Counted from the stretch's first letter, positions 34,980 to 49,859 are shown. The stretch is DNA of 64,000 nt from Lama glama (GCA_028534125.1 CM052817.1:74154001-74218000), one strand, 5' to 3'. Notes: generated by a model from the sequence alone, not told the origin. Program-made: numbers and translations.

Positions 34980-37053
34980 GCTGCCAGCTCTTACTGCTTT
35001 GACTTTCTCCAGCAAGGATATAAAAATATACAATAATCACAGCCTGCCAGTGAGAACCTAAAGTGATCTCTGAATAAAAGGCACAGTCTTTAGTGTACAG
35101 ATTCTAGAGCACTATAATGTGGCTACCTATATAGAGATCTTACTCCTGCAGGTTTTGGGATTACATTCTGAACACATTTTTCTTCTTAGAAAAATTACTT
35201 TTAGCTGAATGAGGCCTTTCTCTGGTAGGAATATAACTTCTGTCCATTTAAAGTAGGTCACATTTAAAACCAGATTGTGAGTTAGAAGGAACTATTTAAA
35301 GGTTCACTTCGTTACAAACCTGAGCATGATATGTATGAATTTAAAGCTATCATTTAACAAAAGGTTCTTTAAATTAATAAATATTATACTTTCACTTTAC
35401 CCACTTATTTTGAACTATGTTTAATCCATACCATAAAATTGATTTTTTAAACTATGTATTTGACCCAGATTCTTCCTGACATCAGGTGTTGGTCACTCTC
35501 CATTATTCTGCTGCCCACTAATATCCTGGAGGGATGGAGATATCTCAGGTTTTGGAGCGAAGCAGACAAGAGTTGCTATCTGGTTCCACAAGTTACTATT
35601 AGCTAGGTGTCAAAGTTCCTTGACCTCTCAAAAGATTCTTCTATAAAATGAACATAAGCTACCTAGCACCTGGCACTGTACCTGGAACAAAGTATAAAAT
35701 CAATAAATTGTAATCAATATCATCATTATTGTTACTAAAAATCTGTTCAACTTTAAAAGAACTAGATCCGTAAAAAATACATTAAAAAGTGTATCAATTC
35801 CATCAAGTATTACTCATTTTATATGCACTTTAATATATTATGAAAACATATTTTCCATAAAATCATATGATTATATTATTCAGGCCTTTGATAACTGAAA
35901 TAGTGGGGAAATCACTGATTATCAGTGGTCAGAAAGAGACAAAATCAGTACAGTAAAATCTGGACAAAAACTCGTAGTTATTCAATTCTATGGTACACTC
36001 TAAATAGCTCAGAAATAAGAATACAGAAAAATTTTTATCTAAATGTAAAACCTTCAAATTAACCAGTTACATACAAACTAGTGATACTCTTATTCATCAT
36101 TTCACATATCCAAAATAAATGCCATTCTGATAGATAAATTATCATATAATATTGTTTAAGAGGGAGCTGGCAGATAATATATTTCACATACTTCCTAGGT
36201 CTGTAAAGGAATAAGCAGTGAAACTTGATGTCACCATTCTTATGTTGTCCTACAGGAGAAATATCTTCCCTCTTCCACCACAATAATGGCATTCACTAAG
36301 ACACATGACATTATATCTGCTATGAAAATAATGCTTTAAATAAAATTACGCAAATGTAAAACAAAATCCCTATCTTATAAGGCTCCTGGTTCCGCAGCAA
36401 TTTAAGCAAGAATACAATGTTATAGACCTTTAAAAATTGTAAACAATAGTAAACATTAATTTTCATAAAATACTTCCATAAAAATGTTTGTTTAGTATCT
36501 GATTATACAGAATATCTACATAGCTACCAAAAATGGAGTGAGGAGATGGGAACACTGTTCGGACCTAACAGAAGTCTTAGGACATCTCTTAGCCCCTCAC
36601 TAGCTCTCGCTGAGGGGCTAAGGAATTTGAACTGAGCTGGTATCCTTTGAAAGAGGGAGCAGGAGCATAACTGTGTAGAGCACAGGCACAGAGCACTGGA
36701 AATGAGAATGTTGCTTTCCTCTAGTTGATAAAGCGAGATGGGCAGAAAGCCCTGCTTATGGCCCTTGTAGCAACAGGTGACCTTAGCCAGCTCTCCTTCT
36801 GGGTCTACAGCCCCTGATGGCATTGCTGTCTCCCTTTCAGAGGGGTGCCTCTGCCTGCCTGAGTATCTATCATTCTGCCAATGATATCAGTCACTGTAGG
36901 TTCTAGAGAAGGAAACCAGTACTATGAGGGTCCCCAGAGGATTCCATCATGAGGAGCAAACCAGGAAGCATAAGAACAGGAGGGAGGTATCCAGAACAGG
37001 CAGCTAGCCAAGACAAGTCCCTGCAGTTGACCATGGTCAAGACTTGTCCACAG

Positions 37054-38291
37054 CAAGACACTACAAACATCTTAGGAGAAAACACAAGCAAAACATTATC
37101 TGATATAAACATCAGCAATGCTCTCCTAGGGCAGTCTACCCAGGCAATAGAAATAAAAGCAAAAACAAACAAATGGGCTCTAATTAAACTTGTAAGCTTT
37201 TGTACAGCAAAGGAAACCATAAACAAAAAGACAACCTACGAAATGGAAGAAAATATTTGTGAATGGTGAGACTGGCAAGGGCTTAATTTCCAGAATATAT
37301 AAATAGCTCATACAACTTAATAACAAAAAAAACAAACAACCCAATCCAAAAATGGGCAGAAGACCTAAACAAGCAATTCTTCAATGAAGACATACAAATG
37401 GCCAATAGGCACATGAAAAAAATGCTCAATATTGCTAATTATCAGAGAAATGCAGATCAAAACTACAATGAGGAATCACCTCACACCATTCAGAATGGCC
37501 ATGATTCAAAAGTCCACGAATGATAAATTCTGGAGAGACTGTGGAGAAAAGGGAACCCTCTTACACTGTTGGCAGGAATGTAGTTTGGTGCACCCATTAT
37601 GGAAAACAGTATGGAGATTCCTGAAAAAACTAAAAATAGACTTACGATATGATCCAGCAATCTCACTGGCATATATCCAGAGGGAACCTTAAGTCAAAAA
37701 GATACATGCACCCCAATGTTCATAGCAGCACTATGTACAATAGCCAAGACATGGAAACAACCTAAAAGTTCATCAACAGATGACAGGATAAAGAAGCTGT
37801 GGTATATTTATACAGAAGAATACTACTCAGCCATAAAAAAGAATAATGCCATTTGCAGCAACATGGATGGATTTTACCCATCCATGGAGATCATCATTCT
37901 AAGAGAAGTAAGCCAGAAAGAGAAAGAAAAATACCATATTATATCACTTACATGTGGAATCAAAAAAAAAAAAAAGACAAATGAACTTATTTACAAAACA
38001 GACACAGACTCACAGACATAGAAAACAAACTTACAGTTACCAGGAGGGGAAGGATGTGGGAAGGGTTAAATTGGGAGTTTGAGATTTGCAGATACTAATA
38101 TATATAAAAAAACAACAAGTTTATACTGTATAGCACAGGGAACTATACTCCGTATCTTGCAGTAACTTGTGAAAAAATATGAAAATGAATATATGCATGT
38201 TCACATATGACTGAAGCATTATGCTGTACACCAGAAATTGACAATATTGTAAACTGACTGTACTTCAATAAAAACACACACACATACACAA
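37054..38291 (+). mobile_element. 5'-truncated L1 (~1.24 kb; disrupted ORF2 C-terminus + 3'UTR)
   Basis: ORF2 fragments ([44 protein letters not shown]) with frameshifts. TSD AAGA(C/A)TTGTCCACAG at 37039-37053 and 38292-38306. Confidence 0.94.
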
Positions 38292-39221
38292 AAGAATTGT
38301 CCACAGAAGGAGAGCAAAACTTTCTAAGATGACATTTAGAACACAAGGTGTCAGACTGAAGAGTTCACACAGAATAGATGTCTGTCAATAGTGCCATTTT
38401 AAACTATTATGTCTTAAGTGATTGTTAATAGAAAAAACAAATCCTTATAGGAATAATTTATGATGCTATTAGATGGTGCATATTAAGAATTAAAGGTATA
38501 GATAAATGGAAATATCTTTATGTTAAGTGTACATCAATAATTTAATCCATACAAATTTTTTAAAATAGTCTAATTATACTCCTGTAAAGACGTGTGAGAT
38601 AAATTTTGTATAATACGTCATTCTGCCCTCAGTCTCCACAATTTGTTCTATACTCCTCTTTCCAGGTGTTAATTTTACTTGTTTTGGAAGGATTTGCCAG
38701 AGTTTTCTTTCCTGATTAAGCAAAATAGAGCTAAATTACTTAAGACATGTATTAAATCTCTCAAACTGACTACCTAGAGACTAAAAGGACCCAGAACAGA
38801 AACAAAGCTTATACAATCCACTCTTGACCATTTGATTCCAGTGGCCCAGATGGTTTACGGCAGTTGCGTAGTAACACAAGAGAGGATGTACTTCAGGGAC
38901 TTGCTATTATTTTTAGTTTTTCTTATTGTGGTAAACAAATTTTGCTGTTCTTAAATATGTTTTTCTAATAATTAGTACACACAATTTATTCAAAATGTGA
39001 AAAAGATAAAATGTTTATGTAGTTTTTCACAGGAAATTTTTCTTGTGTAGTTTAATATTAAAAAAAGAAATGAAAGAGTAACTTCAGATAATAATTTAGA
39101 AGAATGTAGGAAAGAGATGTAAGAAATACGGATTTTTCTGGTTCCTCTAAGCATCTGGAACACTCAGTCATCCATTTTTTCTGTGAATGAGTTGCCCTCA
39201 GAGGTAACTGCGAAGCTAACT

Positions 39222-39870
39222 TCAGGCCCTTCCAGAGGCACAGGCCACTGAAAGGATCTCAGCTATATGAGCATGTGTTTTCATAAAATGTGCAAATCTA
39301 GATATTTTAACACCATCAGTTTCAATCATTATTTTTTCCCCACTCCCTCTTCTCCTCTGTCACACTTCCCCTCTGCTGAGTGACATCGAAGTGGCCAGGA
39401 ACATTTTTGAGATCTAGCTAAGGGGAAGTTTAGTTGAAAATACAGTTTTGTTTGGATTTAATGATACATTTACCTAGTTCATAGACACTTCTTGGTACGT
39501 TTATCTTTTTTTTTTTTTCCTTAATCTTATTGCTAGTTATCTCAATGTGGGAACACTTCCAGGAAGATGCCCGCAGCCCAGCCTGCCCAGAGGTGGGCCC
39601 ATGATATAAACCTGTACTAGAGTTCACCCCACAGTGTGTGCACAGAGAAGGAAGAGCAATGTTTATTCTTGCTATTTTTCTGAATTTTGTTGTGCTTTGC
39701 AGTATCTGTCAGCTTTAAAAATTTATAATTTATAATTTCTTGTGAGTATTTTCATTCTAAGTATATATTTACTTTTGTGTTTAATTTTGTATTTGTAATT
39801 TTATTTTCCTTTATTTAGAATGCCCCAAATTGCATAAGCTTCAGGACCTACTAAACCTGGCTCCATACTC
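39222..39870. mobile_element. Probable hAT-Tip100 (MER115/Zaphod-like) remnant
   Basis: The end CCCCAAATTGCATAAGCTTCAGGACCTACTAAACCTGG resembles this family. Boundaries are approximate. Confidence 0.45.
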
Positions 39871-42800
39871 ATTATACTTACAAAAAAACAAAACTGGAAG
39901 ATACATTCTTGTTTAAATTCTAAACATAAAAAACCATACAATACTTCACAAAATGTATAATATTAATTTTCTTCTTAAAGTAAATAGAACTCATTTATAC
40001 TACTAAAACTAGTCATTAAAAAGCCATACATATCTTATATTACATCAGTCCTGAGTGACCAACCACAGCGAAAAGATTACCAAGTTGAGTATCAGGGGGA
40101 AAAAGTGGTTTTCAGTCGAGGCTGTGCCAAAAATAAGGGCAAAAACCAGTCAATCTTACACATGTGACTTATTCCTTTCTATCCTGTGAGAATACTACAA
40201 ATTTGATATAACTTATCTTTGTATTTAGGAGGGAAAAATCCTATGTTAAACATCATAATTAACCATATTTATTATTAATATATTATTAAGCAGACATAGG
40301 CACACTGATATTTTGAAGATTAACTTATAGTCTAGCTACTCATGAACTACTAATTAAACTAGAAATTACTGGTTTTAATAATAATAATACCCTTTGAACT
40401 GAAAAGGAATGAAACTATCATTTGTTACAGTGTACTCTCCAAGTGAAAAAATTCAAGGCATCTAAAATTCTTGCTTCTACATATTTTAATCATATATTCC
40501 TAGTTTACCACATTTCATAGATGCTTTTATTTCCTGTATGCACACACAAATATGAGGCTTAATGCAGCCACCTAAATGGGAAAAAAAAACATTACTGAAA
40601 CAAGATATCAAAATGAAATTGTCTTGGTTTAGCTGAAATCCTGAAGGCTAAAGACAAAACTGTCAAGTACAGGGCGCTCAAACCAAATTCAGGGCTCGCC
40701 AAGAGGTCAGCTCAAGCCATCCCTGTCACGAGCCCACTGCTGGTCTCCAGGTGCACAGGAGCAGGTAACAAGACACGAGGCAGAACCGGTGGACAGAGTG
40801 GTCAGAACACTCTGCCTCCCTCCTACCCAGTGCTGGGAGGGTGCTGACCCAGGGTACCGAATTAAGGACGGGAGGTGGGGCGGTCTCAGAGAAATATCAG
40901 AAGAGGTGCATCCCTTTGAGTTTGAGGAAGAATAAGCTACCTATTTTAAACCTGACTCTAAGGCATAAAATTGTGGCCAGCTAGCTGCCCTGGTATTGCA
41001 AAGCAGGGAGGTCTCTGTGATCAGGATCTACTTCCACCAGTGGCAAGACAAAGAGGCACATTTCCATGAAACCAGATGGCAGGCCCATAGGAGGAACTGA
41101 CTGTCTTGCAAGACAATCCCCAAGAGGCCCACCTGGGGAGGCAATGTGATTCCAACAGAGGGGTGGACTGCCAGAAGCCGGGGAGCTGGAAAGGCAGTTT
41201 AAAAACATCCAGCCAGGGGAAACGTGGCCATCATTAGCATAACTGTCACCAGAGGTCCCTAGAGGATGGTCCCAAAACCCACAAAAATGCCCCATGAGAG
41301 AGTCGGCAATCAAGCAATCCTCAGGTGGCAGCAGGCAGAGTAGAACTGCTCCTCTGAAATCAGACTGGCAAAGCTCCTCACGGCTCTGTCCTGAAGGGCC
41401 CCACACAGCAACCAGTGACCGGGAGAGGAAGGGAGGTGACAAAAAGTGTTGGGTATCACACCCCTTCCCTGATCCACGGAGGGTCTCAAGCCTGAGACAG
41501 GCCTGACCAGGGAGACGGGAGAAGTTTTAAATGGTATTACACTGGTCAGGACTTTCACATTTCTGAAATGAGACTGGTCTTGTGACTAGAAGGAACTGCC
41601 AAATTCTGAAATCTGACCAAGATGTCATAGAAAGGTAAAAGCAAGTATGTACACTGGATCTGAGGGAGAAGCTGAGAAAGGGGAGTTTCAGTGGGGTGCA
41701 AATGATCTGATTATGGTATTTTAATGTAACAGTCATAGATTATAAATATCTTCTTTAACACATCTGTAATTATCTAGAATTTTGATTTACTGAATATTGT
41801 TATTTCCTTCACATCACAGTCCTCTGCTTTCAGAGTTCCATGTTCGATTCCCTTTGGAAGCAGAGCTATAAAGAGTCTAGGTAGGCAACATGAGAGCATC
41901 TCAAGTGTGGTTTCAAATCACCTAAAATTTTTCTAGATAACTTACACTTTAAGAGTGTATCATCTTACTCTTTCTGATCCTAAAATTATAATGCATCTGA
42001 AATGCAGGATAAAATTTCCTGGACTTAAGAGAGTGACATTCTTAATTCATCATCATTCTAGATGTCACCCATCATCATTCATTGGGAATGAATATTTATC
42101 TTTTACCTAGAATGCTCTATCTCAAGTAAGTGCTACATCATATAGAACATGTGTTTGGCACTGGCATGGCACTGCAAACTGGGCCAGCTCTAAAGCAAGA
42201 GCTTTTTGCAATCCTGTCTGGCCTAATGCCCACAGTTTACAAGGAGGCATATTAAACGCCACCTAAACTGGTTCCTTCTAAACTCTGAAAGATGTTTGCC
42301 TCTATGCGGTAAACTTTAAAGCTGTCAGGCAAAAATCTGACTTGGACTGATGTGAAGTTAATGTCCACTCCCATACGACATGAACAGACCCACAGCCCAG
42401 CTGCTAAGTGTCTGTCAATAGAGTGACACTAAAAACAATTTCTGATTTGTGTTAATCCACAGGTATTATCAGCATCAAAACAAGGCTGCCTAGCAGCTGT
42501 AAAGGGGGCAGGGGAAGCCCTAGGAGCTTACTGGGGTTTTTTTGCATCACAGTTTAAAGAAATCAATGGCTACCTCTCCCCAGGGAATAAAATGCCAGAG
42601 GCACTGGGGAGAAACCTATACTATTTGCTCCTTAAAACCTGAGACTCTAGGAATTCTGCCAAGTGACCTGGAAATGTGGGACCATGACCAGAGGCCACTG
42701 AACAGAGCACCCTGTTAGCTTCTTGCAGTATAATCAAATATACAGCTTAACTCCACCCTGCGTACTCCACCCTTGACAACTCATCTATCTCCTACACAGT

Positions 42801-44653
42801 AAACCTTTCTTCCTTCTCACATAGCCTAATTATTCCTGACTTGTTTGTCCCCATCCTAATATTATTTTTAAAAATCCTATTGTAAAAATGATAAATTTCA
42901 ACTAGAAAAATATATATACATACATGTGTTTTATATATACCCACATATGACACATTTCAGCTAAAAGAAATATCATTTAAAACTCCACTACTCAGATATA
43001 CCATTATTTACATTTTGATGCAGGTCTTCCTAGTCTTTTTCTTTGTACATATATAACATACTCCTTTTGGCTTTAAAAATCAGAGTTTATACACTTTTGT
43101 AAACTGTCTAAATTCCTCAAGCAATTTCTTGGTACAGACTGGTAGCGACTGGCTGGTAACATGAATGATAAAAGCTTACAAACCAGAATCTGGGGAGAGG
43201 GAATACCCCTTCCAGAAAAATACATCCCAGTCACCCCAGAGAATGCCCCTCTGTGCAGTCTCTGTCAAAACGATGTGACTAATTGGCTCCTGAAAATATC
43301 TGCATAAATGGTCAAGTTCTCATGGAATCAGAGGAGAATTACTCTGATTAAAAAGTTCACTTCAAAAGAAAAAACATGAGACTGCTATGTAAATAATGTA
43401 CATGCAAAGGTTAATACAGTCAGAGTCACACGAAGCCATGAAAGTTCATAAAATGTGTAGGCTTATATGAAAATAAAAACCATGAAATCTTCCATCTAAA
43501 ATAGCTGTGTTGTTTACTTCATTCATAGTTTATCACTATGCTTTTATTCATTGATGTCTGCCATTTGTCTTTTGGTAAGCCAAGAAGATCTATACAGCAA
43601 TTCTTTTGATCCGTGTGATTAAGACACAGTTCCTGTCATCTTGGAATTTGCAACCCAGATGGAGAGACTCCTTCAGCTCTGATTTTGATGTATCTATATA
43701 CTAGCCAAAATATAATGAAAATATTGGGGAAATAGCACTCAAAATCCAGGCTCTCTCTTCACACAAACCATTCAAATCTCATGAAATGTTTATTTGGCTT
43801 AAGTGGTTCTCCCTCCTCCCCCCATTGGTTCCCTCTACCCCAACCATTCTGTCTACTTTATTTATTAAAGACTTGGCATCACGCCAGTCTCTACTTCCCC
43901 CAAAGCTTGCCAACATGCAGGGCTACTTCAGCAAACACATGGTTCCTTGACCACCTCCACTCAATGACCTTCGCCTACACTCCATTTCAGTCACCATCCT
44001 GCAGTCATTCCTTGACACGTGATCATCCTCCCCCAGAATCAGAAAGTTAAAGATCCTGATTAACCACGAACTGTTCATTCTCCAAACTGCTCCTTCAACA
44101 TTTCCCAGGTAACTGCTTTCAAACCATCAGGACCACCAGTGCACTGACTCCTCCACTTTCCCAATCCATTATTTACTTACCTCCACATCCCTATGCACTC
44201 TACTCCAGCCATACTGGCTGGCCTTCTCTGAATTCCTCAAATGTGCCATGGATTCTCCTGCTCAGAACCTTTGTGCACGCTACCCCTACTGCCAAAATAC
44301 TCACATCACCTCTCGTTGATTTCTATCTACTTACTCTCCATATTCTAAAACAAGCATTTCTCTTCAAGGAAGCCATTTCTAACATGCTGAAATCCCCTAT
44401 TACTGCTCACACACAGCAAAAACTCCCACTTCACAGTTACAACTAAATAAAAAATCACAAATATCACAAGAGGTACAAGGCTAACCTGGTCAGTCAATCC
44501 AGAGGCTGCTGTAAGAGTCAGACAAGACAAAACCATGTGAGTAAGAAAACCCTGGATAAGAACTGAGCCTAGATTCTAGAAAATGCAATGCTTGCTGGAT
44601 TGAGAAAGATGAGATGATTCATTAGATCATAAGAAAGCTAAAATCAATTATTC

Positions 44654-44714
44654 TATATATATATATATAGACATACACATGTATATGTACACACACATAT
44701 ATATATACATATAT
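44654..44714. repeat. Compound (TA)n/(CA)n low-complexity repeat
   Basis: TATATATATATATATAGACATACACATGTATATGTACACACACATATATATATACATATATG. Confidence 0.9.
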
Positions 44715-45529
44715 GAACTATAGGCCCTAAATTAAGGAGAGTAATCACTCAAATAAAAATAGCCCCATGTATACAGAGAAAAAAGTGGCTTTCCATGGTG
44801 GCAGAATACATGCAAATCTAAAGGGGATCTCTTACTAGTGTTAGGTAGAAAATAAGGATAAATATGCATACAAGAGTATCTAGCAGTATCTTGATTCAAG
44901 CTTCAAAGATCATCCAGAGCTGTTCTTTTTAAACTACTATGCAAATAAGAGCTAACTGACAGACCAACTGTCATGAAAGCAAAGATTTTTAAAAGCTGTG
45001 GTAAAATTTCAAACAAATGGAATCTTTTATAATTTGATAGTTCTGGTCAGCTGATAATCAGGTTACCTGAGGGTTAAATAAAAGAAACTTTTTGTCTGAG
45101 TTGTCATTACAAAGTACGTTATGTTAAGGCAAATTCCCCTTTTAATAAAGAAGGGTACTGTGAGGGAGCTGCTTTAATGCAGAGGCACCTGGTGGATCAG
45201 AGTGCTCTCCTGCAGGCTTTGGTGGGACCCTGGGCAACTTCCTCCTCCTCACTGAACACCAGTTCCCCTGGCTGTAAGAGGAAGAATCACGGTACCACAG
45301 GACACATGCAAGACTGCAAGGCCTCTTAGCCACCTATCCTCCTCGTGACATCAGTGGGCTAGACAAAGATCTTTTCCATTTCTGAGAGTCCATCTATATT
45401 TAATTCTGGGATTCTTTCCTGTTTGTCTGTGGTTTGGGTTTTGTTTCTTGTTCCAGGATTCTTAAAGGTCTAGGTGGAGGCAAAGTACATGGAGCCCAAA
45501 GGTATTTCTCTATCATGATACTTTTAAAA

Positions 45530-45850
45530 ATTTATTTAAGTAGAAAATACAAACAGAAAATGACATAAACCCTAAGTATACTGTGCAATGATGTTTCCCA
45601 GAATGAACACACTCATGCAACCAGCACCTAGATCAAGAAACCAGCACCTAGATTATCAACACCTAGAAGCCTGTCAACTCCCAGACCCCACCTCCCAGGC
45701 CAGAGTAACCACTATCCTGACTTCGAATCACATAGATTTAGTGTGTTTCTGTACTTCACAGAAAAGGGATAATACAGTATGCACTGTGCTTTGGTTTTAT
45801 TTCATCCCTGGAACACATTCCATTCACGTAATACTGCTCTGGGGTGTGGT
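45530..45850 (-). mobile_element. Old L1ME/MC-like 3' fragment
   Basis: ATACAAACAGAAAATGACATAAACCCTAAGTATAC...GTAACCACTATCCTGACTTC resembles the reverse complement of an old L1M 3'UTR. Confidence 0.65.
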
Positions 45851-47027
45851 GTTAGCAATATTAAGAGCTGAAAATTTGTTAAAATAGATGAATGGCCAGA
45901 TTAAAAACAAATAGGGAAGTATAAAACTTTGTTAATGCTAAAGAGCTAATTCAACTTTCAAGGGCTTGGTGTAACTGATATAATTTACTTTCTCACCACA
46001 ACATAAATAAATAGTGGATAAAACCAAAAGCAACTTATATTTACTACACATGCACAAACACGCCATTCTGATACACGCTATTCTTTTTTAAATGCTTGCT
46101 TCTCCCCAGCTCCTCTTCTTTTAACTCTTCTCTAGATGTCTGCCATACAGACTAGTCATATATTTCCCAGTCTCTGCTTTTTTGCTCTAAGTTAACAAAT
46201 CAACAACAGTCTGTTAAAAACACAGAGAGGTACTAAGACATACCCCTTAATCACAGAGAGGGAGAAGTCAAAATTTTAAAAAGTTACAATGAGTTTTGAC
46301 ATCTCTCATTTCAAAATAGAAAAAAAAATTAAGGCAAATCTCTAAATGCAAATCTGAAATTAAAGCACAAGCAAGGAAACACCAACCTTCCATTACAATA
46401 TAAAATCAAATTTCTTAGAAACACTCAGCATACATTCATTATAATGAGATCAATTTCATAGTAGCTGTCAGACTCACTTTTTTTTTAAGGCCAATATAAT
46501 GATATCTAAACCATTTAGGGAAGAATTCAGGAAACAGAGAGAAGGAAGAAAGAAAAGAAAGGCCTCATACTCAAAATGATGTATTTGAAAATCAACTAAA
46601 GAACACTTTAAAATATGTATCTTTAAGGCATACTGGGAAAAGCTGATATATTTGGTGTTTGTTTCTTTGCAAAGACTGTTAATAGTCAATTACACAAAAA
46701 GGGTAAGGAAGATGTTTAGAGGTAAAGAACAGTGATTTAAAAAACAACTTACTGCAAATGCCACCAATAGAAATAAGAACTTTACCTGTCAAAGGCTTCA
46801 TTCATGCCCAGTGAAAAATTTTATATAGTTATCCTATATGAAAATTCTATCACAAACCCAATAGTGACTGAACTTTTCCTTCTTGGATGTGCTTTGTTTT
46901 AATCTGTAAATACTATTTTCAAAAATAATAAATTATATAAGTATAACACAAGCTTATTAAGCCTATTCATTTGCAGCTTGAAGAACTCCCTTGTACCAGT
47001 GTTGTTTTCAGATAATGTTTAAGTGCT

Positions 47028-47305
47028 GCTCACTGACCAGGCTCCATGGAAACAGAAGCAGAAGATACTTATAGAGATCAATACTTATACAAGAATGGGG
47101 AAGGAAGGAAGATCAGGCAGAGTGAGGCACTGAACTGTAATGCAAGTCCAACACCACCACGACCCTCTGGACCAGGGAGACCAGCTCTCTGCAGCTGAGG
47201 CTGACCCTGACTGCCACAGGCTCTGCTGACGGCCTGCCCCACCCCCATCCAGCGAGGCCTTCCCACGAGGGGCATCTGAATGGCCTGCCTCAGCATCTGC
47301 CAGAC
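47028..47305. mobile_element. Probable ERVL LTR fragment (LTR16-like)
   Basis: GC-richer segment with GGAAACAGAAGCAGAAGAT...GGGAAGGAAG...CAGCTCTCTGCAGCTGAGGCTGACCCTGA, resembling old ERVL LTRs. Based on recall only. Confidence 0.45.
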
Positions 47306-49859
47306 CTTTAATAGCACAGGAGCTTAAAAAAAGAAAAAAAAACTTAATAGGTTTAAGAAAGCTAGGAGAGACAAGAGAAGCCAAAGGACAAAATGAGAGC
47401 TACTCCAGGGTAAGTTCCCTTAAGGAATCATCAAGCTGCAGACGGCTACTTTTACAGATGAGGTCCACAGAGGTGGATACTGGCCAGATAACACAGAACT
47501 AGAAGAAAAAATGTGCTCTGTGTCATGGGGAAACCTGTCCTTGGACTGAATGTAGGTGACCTCCCAGTAGGACATGGGGGGATGGCACCATACTGCGCAG
47601 GGACTTGAGACGAATGGAGGCCTCCTAATGCTAGGACTGATTTATGGAACACCTTTCTCTGGGGCAGTGCTGGGCACTTGGCCGGCATGGTATAATTAAT
47701 CTTCACCATCTCCCTGTGAAGTAGGTAGGTCACAAAGAGCATTACTCTAAATTAAGAGTCAGCAAAAATGAAACACAAAAGCAATTTCTGTAATTTTCCT
47801 ATAATCATTCAGTACATTAAAGAAGTACCAGTAGAAGACCAGGTATCAGCTACCTGTTGACAGTATTTACTGAGGCGAACAGTTTTACTGTTAACTGTAT
47901 TTAAGCTTAAGCTGTATTTTTTTTCTTCTCCTTCCTCCCATCTATCATATGTGATACTTCCATATTAAAAATGAAAACTGAGATAAACTGTATACTCTAT
48001 TTTCAGTGCAAAGAAAGTGACATGGCCAGTCCCAACAGATCATTCACTAGCTACAGAAAACTCCAAGACTGTTCTGAGAAACAAAACCTGACCTCAAATT
48101 TTATGCTTAGTTCATCCCAAGCTACAGATATAAGTGATCATATTGAGGAGTTAAAAATCATAGATTAATACCTGGTTAGCCCACCATCTAATCAAACCCC
48201 CTATTGAGACTTAAATGACAATTGAAATATGAATAAGTCTTTTATTCAGATGACTTATGTTTAAAATAAACCAAATGTTACACAATATAAAAAACAGCCT
48301 TTCCCACTTAACAATTTGTTATTTGATTAGTTTTGTAATTTTGGTATGTTTACTTCCCTAGCTCAAGAGGTATCTGTAGTCAAAACTGAAATTCTCTAGC
48401 CAGTAAAAAAGTGTGGGATGCAGGAACAGTGGCCCCTAGCCTGAATCCCACCCTTATTTTCTGGGGCAACTGGTGAGCTTTCTTTTCTGTGCTTACATAA
48501 TGGAAGATGAGAATGCTTTTCAGGGTAACTGCAAGAATTAAATTAAATTATGTACATGGAAACTTCCATCACTGAACCCAAGCTAAATGTTTTAGCTGTT
48601 TTGATACTGGAAAAAGAACATATTGTTTTTGTATTAGGTTTTCTTTTAATAAGTTCTAAATAAATATAAACTGCTTTAAAAACAAAATAAGGTATATGAG
48701 AAAAGTGTACACTCAGATATTTATAAATTCAATTAAAAACAGTAGTTCCATTAATTTTTCTAAATTGCAAGTATTATCATTCCTCATGAGACATATTTCC
48801 ACAATTTATAAATTTTTAAAATTTAAATCCTTAATTTATTTCAGAGCCATTCAGACTTCAACTTCTACCGCTACACTGAATAAATTATAGTGCAATTATG
48901 AATAGATCATGCTTGTTTTCTTCTCTTTTTCCTTCTCTATCACAATCCAGGGACTTGGAATCCTCAAGTAATCTCCATCTCTCTCACTCTCTTTTTTGCT
49001 GAAATCATACAAACTCCTTTAATTTTGGCATTTATTTTATTTAAAATTAGAAATTAGATCAGCTTAGCATTTAGTACAGTAAACACAAGAAAAGTGTTCC
49101 TCTACTATTATTATTAAAGTCAGTGTTTTAATTCAAACATTCTTCAGTTAAAGTCAGAATGAGTCACCAAAGTTTTGCTGGATCGAAAAAGAGCTAAAGT
49201 ACATGGTGCTCTATGATTGTAATAAACCTGACTGAATTCACTGCTTTCTTTAGAGAAATAAAAGGCTCTTAGTTTCACCATGTTCAATCATCTGCCAGTT
49301 TCCCTAAATACACTTGAGTCAGATGATCTATAATCAAGAAAACAGAATAAAAAAAAGAAGGTACTGAGGAATTAGTCAATGTTCATCCAACATCTGGAAA
49401 CTGACTTTCTAAATTCAAGTGACTAGAAAAATGAGGAGCAAAATATTTTAAACAACTTGTATGGGTTATTTTATCCCATGCATGACACTTACTTGGCAAC
49501 CTCAACTCCAAGAAATGGGCTATGTGCACTAATTTTTTCCCACCCACCTCTTATCATACACAGACAAGAGAAACTATTTTAAGTGGGTGTAATGGTTTGG
49601 TTTCAGGCATTTCGAAATCCTCCACCATTGCACAGGAAACTCTGACTGAAAACCAGGCAGGGCCCCTCAGAGCAGTACCCAGGACACGGCAGCATGCCTG
49701 AGGGGTGAGTCTGGTTGGGAGATGGTCACATGAAATCAGCAATAGGGACATGGTACTCCCAGCATGTGACACAGTTTCCTTTCAATAAAGGTTTGCTACC
49801 AGATTCAGGTTAACTCTACCTTCTTGCTAATCTAGGAAGCAAACTGATTCAATGTTTAA

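Noticed and set aside
36949..38021. ORFs of 86-106 aa as functional proteins
   Set aside because: They are frameshifted fragments of L1 ORF2 from a 5'-truncated copy.
40981..41442. 153-aa minus-strand ORF
   Set aside because: Non-ATG start, GC-rich stop-poor region, and no similarity to CaMKII or any family I recognise.
41502..41550. Inverted repeat CCTGACCAG...CTGGTCAGG
   Set aside because: A 9-bp stem with a ~31-nt loop can occur by chance in 64 kb, and it is not a pre-miRNA-like hairpin.
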